In this document: positions 63,635-64,000 of the stretch, in pieces
How positions within the stretch are numbered: position 1 is the stretch's first letter
Layout of the letters: every line of letters begins with the position of its first letter
Translations under genes and position numbers: made by a program
Notes under the pieces: generated by a model
The model's database searches: none
What the model saw: only the letters and a program-made list of their open reading frames with translations
What the model was told of the DNA's origin: nothing
Assembly (NCBI GenBank): GCA_964428845.1
Contig: CAYRZH010000001.1
Span: 74,990 to 138,989 of the forward strand
DNA: 64,000 nucleotides
Source of the DNA: an uncultured Candidatus Saccharibacteria bacterium
Lineage (GTDB): Bacteria; Patescibacteriota; Minisyncoccia; Phycocordibacterales; DATGWK01
Reading direction: 5' to 3'

Positions 63635-64000
63635 ATGAAGATAGAATGTATAAAAGAAAAACTAACAAAAGCTGTTTCTAGGGCAGAGAGGGTTGCTGGG
63701 AAGAATCAAACACTACCAGTTCTTGGTTGTATTCTTTTTGAAGCTACCAAGGGTGGGGTAACTATAAAAGCCACAAACCTTGATTTGGGAATAGAAATAA
63801 ATGTTCCGGCGAAGGTTGTCAGGGAGGGGAAGGTTGCTGTGCCAAGCACCACCCTAAACACCTTCCTGTCTACTATTCAGAACGATAAGAATATCACCAT
63901 TGAAGTTGTCGAAAATAACACAATAAAGGTTTTGGCTCCAAAAACATCTACAACAATAAAAACTCTTCCACATGAGGACTTTCCTAGTATTCCGAGGGTT
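63635..64000 (+). CDS. dnaN: DNA polymerase III beta clamp, partial
   Basis: MKIECIKEKL...TLPVLGCIL...ATNLDLGI...EDFPSIP. Confidence 0.95.
   Translation, partial: MKIECIKEKLTKAVSRAERVAGKNQTLPVLGCILFEATKGGVTIKATNLDLGIEINVPAKVVREGKVAVPSTTLNTFLSTIQNDKNITIEVVENNTIKVLAPKTSTTIKTLPHEDFPSIPRV

Noticed and set aside
1-64000. CRISPR array, rRNA, prophage, IS transposase, or a second VR
   Set aside because: No regularly spaced repeats, rRNA-like tracts, phage structural genes, transposases or extra TR-like copies were seen by eye; short or diverged copies could have been missed.

Overview
The window looks like a small-genome Patescibacteria/CPR (Parcubacteria-like) chromosome segment, inferred from gene content and compact layout, using the standard genetic code. 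It ends at the replication origin (yidC-rnpA-rpmH-dnaA-oriC-dnaN). Housekeeping genes include recJ (partial), pgk, tpiA, nusA, ppa, tig, rsmE, clpP, rny, HU, a CCA-adding enzyme, xth, a Xer recombinase, rpsO, comM, pcrA and rsmA. There are four tRNAs, a parS cluster, a type IV pilus locus with adhesin-like paralogues and a chromosomal T4SS-like cluster. Main highlights: (1) A diversity-generating retroelement (DGR) at 1445-4287. TR (2697-2810) and VR (1454-1567) differ at 22 of 114 nt, all at TR adenines. The strands alternate (target-, TR+, avd-, RT+), and the RT is out of frame at a (GA)8G microsatellite where loss of one GA unit restores it, a candidate phase-variable switch for hypermutation. 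(2) Two PemK/MazF-fold toxin genes with no protein antitoxin, each facing a convergent promoter that would drive a tiny two-hairpin RNA, a candidate RNA-antitoxin system. (3) A family of at least five ~200-nt intergenic fold-back elements sharing covarying core hairpins. (4) Several orphan promoter-structured RNA-terminator units. All alignments and folds were done by eye; no database searches were run.
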